Below the pieces are notes generated by a model, which saw nothing but the letters and a program-made list of their open reading frames with translations, ran no database searches and had not been told where the DNA came from. From contig NC_090416.1 of NCBI RefSeq assembly GCF_036365525.1, forward strand, positions 14,914,945 through 14,978,944: a stretch of 64,000 bases of DNA, in the 5' to 3' direction. Made by a program: the position numbers and the translations under genes. This DNA comes from Heterodontus francisci. Lineage: Eukaryota. The stretch's first letter is position 1; every line of letters starts with the position of its first letter. Shown in pieces: positions 63,577-64,000 of this stretch.

Positions 63577-64000
63577 CTGCGAACGCATAGAATGGGATAA
63601 ATTGCACAATGTTTGGTAGGTAGCATCAATTGATAGACAGCGCTGTCGGCATTACCCCATAATTATAATGTACCAATATTCCAAAATATGAAGCCAATCT
63701 TTTATTTGAAAACTGAGTCATGGAATCAAACAGCACAGGAGGAGGTAATCCGGCCTGTCGTGCCTACGCTGGCTCTTTGAAAAAGTTATCCAATTAGTTC
63801 CAATACACCCTCAGCTCTTTCCTCCCATAGTCCTGTTAATGCTCTCCCTTTAAGTATGTCTCCAAGGCCCTGTTGAAAGTCGCTATTGAATTTGCTTCCA
63901 TCGCCCTTTCAGGCAGCACAGTCCAAAACACAGCAACTCACTGCGTTAAAGGAAAAAAACCCATTTCCTCCTCAGGATCTTTTGCCAATTAGTTAGACTG

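Larger units (their letters stand above)
1..64000 (+). repeat. ~42-kb module repeated in direct orientation (1-~22000 vs ~41837-64000)
   Basis: Anchors: 1/41837, 7691/49134, 11202/52722, 16668/58579, 19536/61839, 21262/63454. Confidence 0.9.

Overview
Eukaryotic genomic DNA, most likely a cartilaginous fish (inferred from the repeats: HE1/V-SINE, Deu-domain SINEs, CR1-type LINEs). The window holds a cluster of spliced immunoglobulin-superfamily receptor genes built like an antigen-receptor chain but not rearranging: leader / one exon with V already joined to a J-like segment / C1-set domain / stalk Cys + transmembrane (TM) / two cytoplasmic exons ending in a YxxL motif. Two divergent chain types lie tail-to-tail. 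Type A is on the + strand (A1 7691-11246, A2 49134-52766, both with open spliced frames). Type B is on the - strand (B1 24108-19536 complete; B2 shows only its 3' exons, 63576-61839). The arrangement recurs at ~42 kb spacing, with at least five decayed paralogs, a nested ~10 kb tandem duplication and many transposon remnants. Main hypothesis: a germline-encoded, TCR-shaped, probably disulfide-linked A/B receptor pair with inhibitory-type tails and CDR-focused divergence between copies. All gene models were spliced by hand; there is no expression or database evidence.
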